Positions 10,301-20,454 of a stretch of 64,000 nt of DNA are shown here, piece by piece. Position 1 is the first letter of the stretch, and each line of letters opens with the position of its first letter. Origin of the DNA: Trypanosoma brucei (taxonomy: Eukaryota); NCBI GenBank assembly GCA_000002445.1, contig CH464491.1:384001-448000 (forward strand), in the 5' to 3' direction. The translations under genes and the position numbers were made by a program. The notes beneath the pieces were generated by a model. That model searched no databases. It saw nothing but the letters and a program-made list of their open reading frames with translations, and had not been told where the DNA came from.

Positions 10301-13300
10301 GTTGGAAGAGAATGAGATCTACTCCAACGTGGAGTTTGGCATCTTAGCGGATAGCAGGTACTGCGCGCGGCGCCTCCACGGAAAGCTGAAGGGTATTGTT
10401 TTTGAGGGTTTCAAGTTGCCGCGGTTACGGTCCACGGGTTTGGTAACTGTCATTCGTAACAATCGCATAATTGATCAACGCCACACCAACATTGCGTTTG
10501 TGGATTTCTCTGATGGTGATGCTGCAATTGTCCAAAATCAAATAAGCGGTGCTCCGGTGGGCATTTATGTAGGGAACAACTCTACAGTTAAAACAGTAGA
10601 GGGCAACGTCATTGAAAACTGTGATGACGGTGTGTACGCCGAAAGCGGGGGTTGCGGAAACTTTGTGGACAACACCATCCGCGACTGTACGGGAACTGGG
10701 GTATACGTGTCTGACGAAGCGAACCCACAATTTTGTGGCGGGAATGTAATCGAGCGATGCCGCATCAGTGGTGTATTTGTTGACGCTGGCGGTAAAGGTC
10801 TCTTTAAGGAAGCAAGTATACGCAACTGTGTTGTGGGTGTTGTGGCGTACACATCACCACCTCTCTGCCACGCGGCTGGGAGGGACACCGCGGGTAAACC
10901 TATTGTTACATCTTCACCAGCAGTCGAGCAGTGTGTAATTGAGCGAAATTATTTGCACGGAATTTTTCTTTGCACTGTTCTCAGTGGTCTTCCTCTTCGA
11001 CAAGAATCGTGGGGTTCCGGTAAGGAATACACGAAATCTACGAAACTAATGACTAGCACGGAGACGCGTACTTTTCCAATTTTCCGAGGTAATACGATTC
11101 GAAATAATCGGCATTTTGGTGTGTGTCATGAGCTGTACTCTCTTGATGGGCGTTTGGAAGAATCAAGAGGAAGTGACTTCAGTGAAAGGACGGGGGGAAC
11201 GTGTGCGGCGGATAGTTTTGGGGCGCATGTCGGACGCGCGTTTCAGAGGGGCACTACATCATCAAGAACACCTTCACCGAGGTCGTTACAATTTTCATAC
11301 AGGGACGGGGTGAGCTCGTCTTCTGAGCAGGATGTGGAGTGGCACTTCCCTGAACGGATGCAACGGCAGGCAAGCTTTGTGGAAAATGACATCAGTAATT
11401 GCTCCATTGGTGTTGTTGTTGGCAGCAGTTGTAACCCCTTCCTGCTCAACAATAACATTCACAACAACGATTTTCTAGGTATATTGCTTCGGCGAGGTGC
11501 ACAGGCGATGAGTTATGGGTGCAAAGTGCTCAACAACGGTTGGGTTGGGTTGTACGCCGCTCCACGTTCTTCTGGTGCCTTTACATCCGGCGAAATCCGA
11601 GGAAACAATGGTTTCTGCCGGCCTGACACCAAACCCACTGACACTCGGTGTTTCACAACTTTTTCCTTTACGGAGGCTGCTACCCCTTTACCACCTTCCT
11701 TCAAGACGTCCTACGATTTACGCAGCAGTATGTATGGGGATCTTTTGATGATGTTGAGCGACTACGGGGACACAGTCGCCAGCGCGCTGGTTATGCTTTG
11801 CGAAGTTGTGTCACTTTCATCAGCAAGCCTTTCCCTTGCAGGTACCGTCGTTCCATATGGCTCTCTTGACAGTTGTCACTCGCATAGCGGCGGCTCGCTG
11901 TTGGAGCAGTACGATCGAGCGTGGGCGGCAGATGGGGGCATTGGTGTATGGATTGCATTGGGAAGCATGACCGAAGTTTCTGATAGCGTGGTGGAGGGCA
12001 ACCAGAATGTTGGTGTATTCTTCTCTCGCGGAGTAGAACACCAGCTGAAAAACATGTTAAATGGCGTTTTGACACGGGAATATGAGCTTCCGGAGGTTCC
12101 TGGAGCCGAGGTCATCACAGGTGGGCCAGCTGGGCCTGGCTCCACTCGCCCACGCTGGTTGCTGTTTACTTCTGAGAGTATTCGCGGCTGTTCAAATCTA
12201 GCATCGGCAGAACTAACGATGACGTGCAATGGTTTTGGGACGGAAGCGGGGAAAGAACCCAACCCAGCGGCCTCTCTCACCTCGGTGCGGACAGAGCTGG
12301 ATGACTGGTGCGGTGAGCCACCATTGGTGCTTCCCCGACCGCCAATAGTGCGACGTAACCAAATCCTTAGAAACGGGTATGGAATAATTATTCATCTACA
12401 CCAAACGCTCAGAGCAGAGGGGAAACAAGAAGTACAGGGAGTCGCTGATGAGGGTACCCCGCGTGCGAGCGGAAAGGACAAGCAAAAACGAAGAGGTTCC
12501 GTTGGTGGAAGGAGAGCGAGTATAGTAGGCGCAGCACCTTTACCTGGAATACGGCGAAGAAGGAATTCCATGTTTCGTAAAGGGAAAAAAGTTGAAGAAG
12601 AAACCCCACCCGCCACCCCTTCTGATGTGGTTAATCCATGGGCAGATGTACTACCACCGCACGCTCTTAGTGAAAAGTCGACGCCAGAGTTCACCATATG
12701 CGTGCAGGAAAACAGGATTTTCGAAAACTTCACCGTTGGTGTTGTCTGCCAGCACGTTTTGGAATTAATGTGTGGTCGTTTTGTAAAGACACGCCACGAA
12801 ATCGGAGTTGCCGCTGACAGATACGATAGTGTGTGCGTCATGATTACTCTCAAGAATCAATCAGCATTGCCAGAGAAGCTGTTTACACTAGAAACTCAAG
12901 AGAGATTGGTGCACCATGCTCAGATAATGAAAAATGATATATACAAGAATGTGAGGGAACAGGTGCAGGTGACATCACGCTACGTTGCTGTCACTGGTGA
13001 CAAGGAGCGAACCCTGCTACAGATCGATACTCTGCGACGACCATTTGCGTCTGTGTGCTCCTCTTGTGCACTCTTACGCATACCGCTGTTTACTTCACTA
13101 ATTGGCGCCACGTCCCCTGGTTGCTTCTACCTTGAAAATAACACAATACACGACTGCTCGATGGGTATTCACCTAATCGGTGTACTGGGAGCAAAATCCA
13201 CATGCTTGCGCCGGAACGTGTTTTATGACATTGCAGATATTTCGGTTCACGTTGAGGGTCATCTATCGTCAGCAACTATCGGATACGGCAATATATTTGA

Positions 13301-16300
13301 GAGGAACGGCATCAGTGTATTGGTCGCAATGCCTGAGGATGAGTGTACGGAAGAAGAAAGACAATGGCAACAATTCATAGGCGTAACGACACGCATTTGC
13401 GGTAATAAATTTTCCTCGCCTGTTAGTGTCTCACTAGCCTTCAGGGGGGGCGGCGGACCTGGTCCTGTTGTGGGAGGAAATAAGTTTGCGAATCATCAGT
13501 ACGGCCGCGTTGTCTTCTTCTGCGATTCTTCTTCGGGGTCTACGATACGGGGAAACGTTTTTCAAAACAACTACGCGCCACTCATTGTTACAGGCACTGA
13601 GGGCCGCGAAGACGATGGAAAACGTACTATTATTGAAAACAATCTCTTCTCACAGAACTACATCGGACTACTTCTGTGCAACGGTGCTGCAGCGCAGGTT
13701 GCGCGTAACGTTTTTGAAGACAATTTTCGTTCTGGAATAGAAATTATCGGGAAGGGAACAAATCCCTTGGTGAAGCAATGCTTGTTCGTCATGACCAAGG
13801 ATTTACTGTCACTCTCAGGTGCTAGAGAGCAATTTATCTATCCAAGCGACGGAGTTCTGCGCGTGGACGGTTGGCCTCAGTTTTCTGTCACTCTTTACCC
13901 AGACAACGTCATCACACACGGTGACGTTAGTAGGCGTTTATCTTCTGGCGTCCTTATCGAGTGCGAAAGCGGTGGGACGATTGAAAACTGCTTCTTCAAA
14001 GGAAACCAGATCGGTGTAGATTGCATTCGCGGTGCTTCTCTAGGAGTGGAAAACATCGTATACACTTCTGAATCTGAACTTCTCGGTCCTCGATTCCTCA
14101 ATTGCTTGTTCCTACAGAACACGATTGCAGGGGTTTGGCTTCGCGGTGCGCACGCCGAAGTGGGGGTTCCTCAGAGTTTTAACGGCCGTCGGCGCCGTTC
14201 CCAAACGCACCCCAAGGCCTCAAGTTTCGATCATTGTTTTTTCATAAATAATACAGCAACCATGGACGAATACGGAGATGTTGTTGCCACGGATGATGGT
14301 TATGCCACATTTAGCAATAGTATGTTCACCGGTTGCATTCACGGTAAAAGAGGGTCAATGGGTTCATTTGAGCGCAACATTTTCTCCTGTGGTGGGAAGG
14401 TGGACACTGCGGTGATCCTGCACAGGGGAACGCGTATGGAAATGCGTGATAATACTATATCCGGGTACAGGAGATCCATTATTACGCACACGGGGGCGTG
14501 GGGACGGCTTGAGAAGAACTGGATCTTGGGTGCTTCGCGTTGTGTTATCTCAGCACCGTTCTGCAACACACTATTTACTGGGAACCGCATACTAGGAGCG
14601 AAGGAGTGTGGCGTCTTTGCCTATGGTGGCGTTTTCGTAAGTAATGAGATTATGAGATGCCAAACAGGCGTGGTTATACGCAATCCTGCAGAGTATAAGA
14701 ATTATCACGTCATCCCTTCTGTCGACAAGGGAACTCACTCTTTGTTGTTCTCTGAGAACAAGGTCCACACCTGCGAAGTTTGTGGTATATTTGTTGCTGG
14801 CGGGGGGCGCGTAGAAGGGAACGTAGTCTCTAACAACAAAGTGAATATAACTGTCACTTGTGGAACAAAGGCTGCTCAGGGAAGCGATATCTGCCACATC
14901 TTTCAGAATGCGGTTTTTGACGGTGGGGTTGGTCTCCAACTAATGAACAGATCCGATGCCCTCGTCGAAGGTAACAATATTTTTGACAACAGCACATACG
15001 CAGTACTGATGAAAAAGGGTGCGAGAGGCAGACTAATGAACAACAACATATCTAGCCACCTCAATGAGGGCGCATTGGCTGTAGACGAGGGGAGTGAAAC
15101 AAAGCTACTCTCAAACACGGTGCGAAACCAGTTTTCTCCCGTTTATAATAAGCTCCTGGGGCCGCAGCGCATGAGGGAAAGGCAAAATGCTGCCGATGTC
15201 TTGAAGACGGAGTTGCATGAGCTGGAGCAACGTGGGTCCGAATATGCAACAAAGTGTGCCGCGCTACAGGAGGAAATGCGAAGCGTATTCCATCGCTTAA
15301 GGGAAAGCTGCTGCGAAAGTGACGGTAGCAAGATGAATATTGGAACACTTCTTGGAAATTCGTTTCAGAAGGCATTATGTGCAGACGAGGACGAGAAGGA
15401 CGCCCTTAAATTGCCTGCACTGGATGTCCGAACCCTTTCTACAGAGGATTCTACCGCTCCTAATGACAAAGAAAAATCTCCCACCACACCTTCCATGTTG
15501 TCATCAACAGTTCGTGCCAGCACTTCGTCAGTGAAGGATGGAGGAAACAAAGATTCTTATAATATCCACATCCATCTTGTGCATACCGCATATGACGAGA
15601 GTGAGTGCGAACAAGTGTGCAACGAGGTACAATCTGTTTTTGATTCGCTCTCACTTTCACTGCAACTACCGCTACGCGTCCTCACCACGACTAACTCCTC
15701 GGCATTTCCTGCAAACTGGCCCTCGAAGCAGCTCAAAATATTTGTCGTTGTGGTTGGTAACATTACTAATGATGATTCCCTTGAGGACGATGTCAAGCTG
15801 GTGCGTGCGCTCCGGTTCCCGAAGACCTTAGCGGGTAACGAAGAAATCCCTGAGGAGATGAGTGATGTTCTCATTATTTCCATCATATCGGAGGAGTTTC
15901 AGGAGCATGCAGACGTGCTGCGCACCACAACATCCGGGTTTCCTTTGGCTGTGCAACTCCAAGATCTGTTGTCCCACAGCAATCCCATGCACTACGTTTC
16001 AGGCGTTTCGGAATGCCTTGAGGAATTGCACCGAAGAGCAGAGTCATATCTCCTGAATGCTGCGAATTCAGATAAATCTGATGATTACTTCACCAATGAC
16101 CCAGAAGAAGAACAGAGTTCCCGTTACTCAGCTGACACGCATGATGGTCACAAGACTGGTGCCTCTCCGAGGGGATCTGAGTGGCGGGGTACTTCGCCAA
16201 TGCTGGAATCGAAGGAAGATGAATGGCAGCGCCTCCCGGTGTTTGGGGAAAAATTAAACGCGTATATGTCATTTGATTTAATTAGGAAGAAGGTGAGCCA

Positions 16301-16337
16301 CTCAAATACATCCGTTCTGCTACCAAATGTTAGGTGA
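7341..16337 (+). CDS. Giant (about 2998 aa) right-handed parallel beta-helix (PbH1/CASH) repeat protein with a C-terminal coiled-coil and acidic tail.
   Basis: Dozens of tandem 22-25 aa repeats of the pectin-lyase-fold type (…GNxIxxNxxxGIxx…). Example stretch: NRIIDQRHTNIAFVDFSDGDAAIVQNQISGAPVGIYVGNNSTVKTVEGNVIENCDDGVYAESGGCGNFVDNTIRDCTGTGVYVSDEANPQFCGGNVIERCRISGVFV. The N-terminus looks like the start of a CASH/NosD domain (AKPYERIELVGGEYFESLLISAPIEIV). The C-terminal roughly 400 aa are coiled-coil and acidic. The track ORF starts with TTG at 7326; the first ATG is at 7341. Confidence 0.72.
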   Translation: MLLNNFIVEERYSAWQKKRVRTIIVNSRSRLAAHRSITGALAIAKPYERIELVGGEYFESLLISAPIEIVAADGEEPVVSSRGSCITITRDVEAYFEQVTFVSKSRSKLESAVAILNGRSVFFRCNMNSVLIGGWARPYIENCTIAESHNGYGVQIGDSAGADIWQSAIHSHQIACMEIDTRGIVNVRDNTIHQSSNLGNAVVVKAINSIADETTPPEFLACRRVVVTKCRIYISPDSYVPKDRDMSSLETPTQPCSCVLISRGACPTFSFNELTQGNIGFTFDGAGSAVLEGNCIYKQKICGILAIVDDTNFSPDSKSRGLRITGGNRIDRCYVGIDVHCSAKAAMAAGVSQQNLIPLELPSSRRAFTWFRGKDSGKVVAPPSDKDNFDDNHTFVVHGQPKTMKQLTNELRELATMVCAGHIKHFTSATVADTRYGVATSLNQLGELLEEMLNITIPPPNISERAAKLLELRRTDGVEIRDTRFSSCGLCAIRFGSSSYGVVEDCSFVSCGATCIVVCSAAHPLIIGCRFEHAKGVAIYMDNFANPLIMGNEIIGNAENGVEWRNISRGILMGNAIVGSTVNGLLLTGGCSAIVAANSIQCNNAAGVEVAEGSKPFILLNKLIGNRTAQILSSGYSAPVIAHNRITSGRNIGIHFLSCSGGTALDNAIAQNERGIVVELGADPYVYDNKIMSSNRYGVVVENNGLGTFVENTITQSGMCNILIKEGGCPVLRKNSIKFANSGGLVIVNEGSATVEYNTISGNQVANVILLDRYTDPTLTGNTISASCSGGGILCGRMSSGKFSRNIITENKQYGICIIEKAEPDITKNVIMGEQNGIIVSDEGRGSIRENSIHSCGNAGVLIQANGDPFVENNKICRSAGCGLVVTSDGKGKVIGNEFFENDVGLQCGSSAGNTTLDVDENFTTKSPGAAVARTRRSALVSKRSFAGKRQHIQSTSTANPHALVRCNKIYGNTTCGVLLECGISAVLEENEIYSNVEFGILADSRYCARRLHGKLKGIVFEGFKLPRLRSTGLVTVIRNNRIIDQRHTNIAFVDFSDGDAAIVQNQISGAPVGIYVGNNSTVKTVEGNVIENCDDGVYAESGGCGNFVDNTIRDCTGTGVYVSDEANPQFCGGNVIERCRISGVFVDAGGKGLFKEASIRNCVVGVVAYTSPPLCHAAGRDTAGKPIVTSSPAVEQCVIERNYLHGIFLCTVLSGLPLRQESWGSGKEYTKSTKLMTSTETRTFPIFRGNTIRNNRHFGVCHELYSLDGRLEESRGSDFSERTGGTCAADSFGAHVGRAFQRGTTSSRTPSPRSLQFSYRDGVSSSSEQDVEWHFPERMQRQASFVENDISNCSIGVVVGSSCNPFLLNNNIHNNDFLGILLRRGAQAMSYGCKVLNNGWVGLYAAPRSSGAFTSGEIRGNNGFCRPDTKPTDTRCFTTFSFTEAATPLPPSFKTSYDLRSSMYGDLLMMLSDYGDTVASALVMLCEVVSLSSASLSLAGTVVPYGSLDSCHSHSGGSLLEQYDRAWAADGGIGVWIALGSMTEVSDSVVEGNQNVGVFFSRGVEHQLKNMLNGVLTREYELPEVPGAEVITGGPAGPGSTRPRWLLFTSESIRGCSNLASAELTMTCNGFGTEAGKEPNPAASLTSVRTELDDWCGEPPLVLPRPPIVRRNQILRNGYGIIIHLHQTLRAEGKQEVQGVADEGTPRASGKDKQKRRGSVGGRRASIVGAAPLPGIRRRRNSMFRKGKKVEEETPPATPSDVVNPWADVLPPHALSEKSTPEFTICVQENRIFENFTVGVVCQHVLELMCGRFVKTRHEIGVAADRYDSVCVMITLKNQSALPEKLFTLETQERLVHHAQIMKNDIYKNVREQVQVTSRYVAVTGDKERTLLQIDTLRRPFASVCSSCALLRIPLFTSLIGATSPGCFYLENNTIHDCSMGIHLIGVLGAKSTCLRRNVFYDIADISVHVEGHLSSATIGYGNIFERNGISVLVAMPEDECTEEERQWQQFIGVTTRICGNKFSSPVSVSLAFRGGGGPGPVVGGNKFANHQYGRVVFFCDSSSGSTIRGNVFQNNYAPLIVTGTEGREDDGKRTIIENNLFSQNYIGLLLCNGAAAQVARNVFEDNFRSGIEIIGKGTNPLVKQCLFVMTKDLLSLSGAREQFIYPSDGVLRVDGWPQFSVTLYPDNVITHGDVSRRLSSGVLIECESGGTIENCFFKGNQIGVDCIRGASLGVENIVYTSESELLGPRFLNCLFLQNTIAGVWLRGAHAEVGVPQSFNGRRRRSQTHPKASSFDHCFFINNTATMDEYGDVVATDDGYATFSNSMFTGCIHGKRGSMGSFERNIFSCGGKVDTAVILHRGTRMEMRDNTISGYRRSIITHTGAWGRLEKNWILGASRCVISAPFCNTLFTGNRILGAKECGVFAYGGVFVSNEIMRCQTGVVIRNPAEYKNYHVIPSVDKGTHSLLFSENKVHTCEVCGIFVAGGGRVEGNVVSNNKVNITVTCGTKAAQGSDICHIFQNAVFDGGVGLQLMNRSDALVEGNNIFDNSTYAVLMKKGARGRLMNNNISSHLNEGALAVDEGSETKLLSNTVRNQFSPVYNKLLGPQRMRERQNAADVLKTELHELEQRGSEYATKCAALQEEMRSVFHRLRESCCESDGSKMNIGTLLGNSFQKALCADEDEKDALKLPALDVRTLSTEDSTAPNDKEKSPTTPSMLSSTVRASTSSVKDGGNKDSYNIHIHLVHTAYDESECEQVCNEVQSVFDSLSLSLQLPLRVLTTTNSSAFPANWPSKQLKIFVVVVGNITNDDSLEDDVKLVRALRFPKTLAGNEEIPEEMSDVLIISIISEEFQEHADVLRTTTSGFPLAVQLQDLLSHSNPMHYVSGVSECLEELHRRAESYLLNAANSDKSDDYFTNDPEEEQSSRYSADTHDGHKTGASPRGSEWRGTSPMLESKEDEWQRLPVFGEKLNAYMSFDLIRKKVSHSNTSVLLPNVR

Positions 16338-18159
16338 AAGTTGAAGAATGAATAGAAAGAAGTGTAGGATTGGGGAGGGGGAAAGTCGTAGAAAAGCAAA
16401 AACGATGAACAGTTGGTGTCTGCAATGCTTTACCAAATAAAAACTTAAGAGGAAGGAAAAAAAAAAGTTCGATTTGACGGATTCTCGCCTTGTGTGCTCG
16501 GAACAAAAAAGGTCTTGTGTGCATTTTTTTGAAGTTCCTGTTTTCTCCCTCCTCATCCATCCCTTACTTTCCAAAACTTCCATTTCTGTTGCTGATGTTG
16601 TCCACCACGTTTTTTCTACTTCAAATTCGTCCAGTGTTCATCTTTGAAACCCTTTCTAACTTGCCTGATATCCCAGAGCTGTTCACTTTTCCATCCTTCC
16701 TTCTTTTTCAGCCAGTTTTTTTTCGCTTTTAATTTCTTGTTTTTTCCTTCTCTTTCTGAATGGGACAGCTGCTCTCCTTGGTTTTACTCTTATTATTATT
16801 CCTATTTTTTTATTTCTTTATTTTGTGTAGTCGATAACTGTGCTTCTGTATTCCTTCATTTGAGGTAAAGCGATGAGAAGGAGTGATGGGGAGTGGCGGA
16901 TGTATTGGGTGAGATGGGTTCTTCCCACCACAGTAGCGGTAATTGTACCAATGGCGCTGGTAATTGTGAAGGCAGCAGTTGTGATAAGTTGACTACACAA
17001 ATATTTATACATACTTATGTATATGAACTTATATTCCTCTTTTAGGTCCTCTCTCCATTTTTTTTTTGATTCTACAAGTGTCTGTATTTTGTATGTTCCG
17101 GTAGATATTCTACGTTTTTTTCTTCTTGTCCTCTTTTTTCTTTTTTGTGCTTGCATTCTGACAAACGCGTGTATATATTTTACTTAAATGTCTTATCTTA
17201 TCCCCGTTGAGCATGTGTTGTGTGTTTTCAAAGCGAATGGTGACAAGTGCTTCCTCCAGATGTGAAGACAGAGATTGAATAAGTGGGTTTGTGGATCCGA
17301 AACCGCAAAGAAAAGAAAAAAAGAAAAAAACAACGAAAGTTGAGGTTCGAAGGTTGAAGCGAAATGAAACGTGACGTAACATCAGCATTAACCACATTCA
17401 AATATTTCATACTCTTTTTTCTGTTTCTTCTTTTTCCCCTATTGTTCCTGCTGATGTTTTTTATCTCATTCAGAATGATGTGATGTACCATACAAGGAGG
17501 AGAGGTACTTTTTTGGAAGAAAAAAAAGAAATTAAATGCACAATAAAATCAGTGCCCTATGATGCCCGTGCACTGTTATTGTGCTTCCGAAAATATATAC
17601 AACAATTTTCCCACATTTGTTCTTAATTTCTTTTCTGAGTTTGTGATCCATTATGATGAACGTCAAAAGCGCGCGTGTTAGGCGCATTACGCTGTATGTT
17701 AAGTGCTGCAATTGAGAGCGAGGTAATTGGAGAAAAGGGAGGCAAAAGGATATTAACGAATTATAGATGAGGGATAATAACATAAATAATAGGAGGGGAA
17801 TCGCTTAGCGAGGGAGAGGACATCCTTTCGGTTGTTGGAAGATAGCGACTGCAGTACTTCACAGTTGTCGTGAGTGTTTATTTAGGTTGGTATCAAGCCT
17901 TTATTTCTTACTACTGCTGAAAATTCGTGAATACATACTGTTGTTTATCCCTTTGTTGGCGGCCGTGGGGGAGGGAAATAAACGCAAATCTGCTTTTTTT
18001 TTCTTTCTTCTTTCTTTCCATCGTCACTTTCACAGAAGTACCGGCGTTACACAGCAACTTCACTTCCTTCAGTGAGGGGGGAGGAAGAAAACAAAAAAAA
18101 ACTGGAGGAGGGAAAAGGAAAGGAGTACCAAACATACGCGTATTTGTTTCCACTTGTCG

Positions 18160-19557
18160 ATGTCAAACGAAGTTGAATCTTCTGCAGCGGAACCTCCGGC
18201 ACCCGACGAGGCCACTAATGTTGCTGGACACCGATATATTTTAATAAACAATATTCTTTGCAGAACTGAAACATCGGATGGAAGTTTCCGACCATCTGAT
18301 GTTTTTGTTGGTTTGGATCCACCTCCAAGGGGGACCGCGACCCTTGGCAGTGCTGCAGAGGATAACTGCAACCATCTTAGCGTTGGCGAATTTGATCCCA
18401 CAGCTTATGTGGACTCCATCTCAAAGGATTGCTCTATTTTCAACGTGTTTGGCGTGATGTCTGGTGGTGTCCTCGTGGACAGTGAAAGTCGCGGGTTTAT
18501 TGACTTTACTGACGACATGATTTTCCGTCCCCCTCTTCCACCACCTGTTGAGGGAAATGACACCCACAATGAAGGTTCGAGAGATGGACAAATTCGTGCC
18601 GATGGAGTTGTTTCACTCGTGTCTTCCATATTCCCATTTAACGGGTTGGGGACAGTCGACACACCGCTTCCGTGGCCGCGTTCACTGCCGCGTCTGAGGT
18701 CTCAACGCATATCGTACCGTCTTGCAGCGAAGACGGTGCATCGGATGTTGAGTCGCTGCGTTGGAAATGTGAAATGCAATAAGGCGGTATTGGTGGTTCT
18801 CGAATCGTATCGCATCCACAGGAAACTGCATTCTCCACAGCTAACTTTTCTACCCAATGAGATTCCATTTAGGTTCCAGTGGCATGGAATGACTTTTCGC
18901 GTTAAGGATGGCGGTGCACCTAAAAGATTTGATGCGAACGGAAATAGAACCCATGAATACCGCAGTCCAATTGGCCGCATAAATCACATGATGGATGGAA
19001 AGACGGGCTCTGCTTATTCATCATTTCACGCCTTCACTGGTCTTCCTAAGATGGCCTTCAGGCGATACCGAGAGTCTGCCCGGCGTGAAAGTAGGCATCG
19101 GTTAGAGAATCTAGCGGATGGATACTCGCGGCGATTGGAAATGCGCATCCAAAATATCGTCCACCCCATACGAGAGGAGATGCACATCGATGAAAACATT
19201 GAGGTGGTGTTCAGACGGAGAAGTGGTGTCCATCTCTGGAGTGCCTTTCAGCGGTATTTCACCATTCTGGGAGTTAGTCGCTGCACGTCATGCAATACGC
19301 CAAATTGCAATGCATGGTACCTGGATAATGATGATAAAGTGGACTACCCATCTGCTCTCCGCAAACTTGAGGAGGATCTGAAGTACCGCAGAACCTTCAA
19401 CTTGTCTTCCAGTATCCTTGCTGATTCGTGGGATTGGCTTCTCGCTAAAGAACGGGGTCCACTTACTGAACGCATTAGAAAAATCATTAAATACGCCAGG
19501 CAGATTGATGCGGAAAATAAAAGAGAAGTTATCAATACAGATAAGGATCTAAGATAA
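18160..19557 (+). CDS. Hypothetical protein (465 aa), no recognisable domain.
   Basis: Long ORF on the same strand as its neighbours, with non-repetitive, coding-like composition. The first ATG is at 18160 (the track start at 18154 is TTG). A pyrimidine-rich stretch lies upstream. Confidence 0.5.
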   Translation: MSNEVESSAAEPPAPDEATNVAGHRYILINNILCRTETSDGSFRPSDVFVGLDPPPRGTATLGSAAEDNCNHLSVGEFDPTAYVDSISKDCSIFNVFGVMSGGVLVDSESRGFIDFTDDMIFRPPLPPPVEGNDTHNEGSRDGQIRADGVVSLVSSIFPFNGLGTVDTPLPWPRSLPRLRSQRISYRLAAKTVHRMLSRCVGNVKCNKAVLVVLESYRIHRKLHSPQLTFLPNEIPFRFQWHGMTFRVKDGGAPKRFDANGNRTHEYRSPIGRINHMMDGKTGSAYSSFHAFTGLPKMAFRRYRESARRESRHRLENLADGYSRRLEMRIQNIVHPIREEMHIDENIEVVFRRRSGVHLWSAFQRYFTILGVSRCTSCNTPNCNAWYLDNDDKVDYPSALRKLEEDLKYRRTFNLSSSILADSWDWLLAKERGPLTERIRKIIKYARQIDAENKREVINTDKDLR

Positions 19558-20126
19558 ATTACGACGGGAACAAAGAAAATAAGGAACGTATCACAGGGGG
19601 TCAGCGCTGACAAAATGAAAAAAAATGCAAGGTTGAGTTAGCACTCTGTACCATATTCTGTTTTTTTTCTTATCAGTAGCTTCATCTTATCGACGGAGTT
19701 GATGCAAATAAAATCAGGATGTGAGATGGAGTTTATCAGCTGATGTACTTATCCACTGAATCAAAAAAAAAAGCACAATCTTTGTTACCGTCCAACAGTA
19801 CTGAGTGGGAGATCTTTTTTGAATTCCTTTGCAGTGACGAATAAAAATCTGGTGTGTACCTTCGCATTTTGTCACCGTGATGCAAGCCGAATGGGCTTCA
19901 CATTGGATTTCAAGTATTTGCATCGGGAAACGGTTTTCATCCCCCATTTCTCTTTACTTTAAGTTTCGATTGTTGTTTGTTTTTCTTTTATTTTCAAAGG
20001 TCTGTGCTCGGTCTCGTGTTTTGATTTATTCTCAACCCGTCGTAGTGTAAGCTGTTTTAGCTTTCTCTACTCATTGTAAGTTACTTACTTATTTGTCCCG
20101 AATACGTGTGCCAGTCGCTAGTTTTA

Positions 20127-20143
20127 TCTCTCTCTCTCTCCTC
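20127..20143. repeat. (TC)n microsatellite in a pyrimidine-rich splice-acceptor region.
   Basis: tctctctctctctcctc. Confidence 0.85.
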
Positions 20144-20454
20144 ACTTTGGTTCTCCCCTATCCTTACTTGCTCTTTTCCTGCCTGTTTTGATCATTCGGC
20201 TGATGAAGTGCTGTACTTTTCTTTCCCTTTATTTCCTTTTTCAATACACCTTGTGCAGGCACTACCGTTTCAACACCACTACAACGGAGAAAGTGTGACA
20301 GAGGAAAGTTTGTGGGCATTTGCTGAGTCAAAAAAAAACCAAAAAAAGAAAAAAAGAGAGGAATAACGGGGGAAGGGAAGGGATTCCATTACGCTTTGTG
20401 AGTTTATTTAGGTTCCACTCACTCACTAGTTTATTCTTTACCGTGTATAATAGG

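Noticed and set aside
16490..16868. Overlapping 74-80 aa ORFs on the + strand in the spacer after the giant beta-helix gene.
   Set aside because: They are translated from pyrimidine-rich low-complexity sequence (Phe/Leu/Ser/Pro runs), the typical polypyrimidine-tract artefact.
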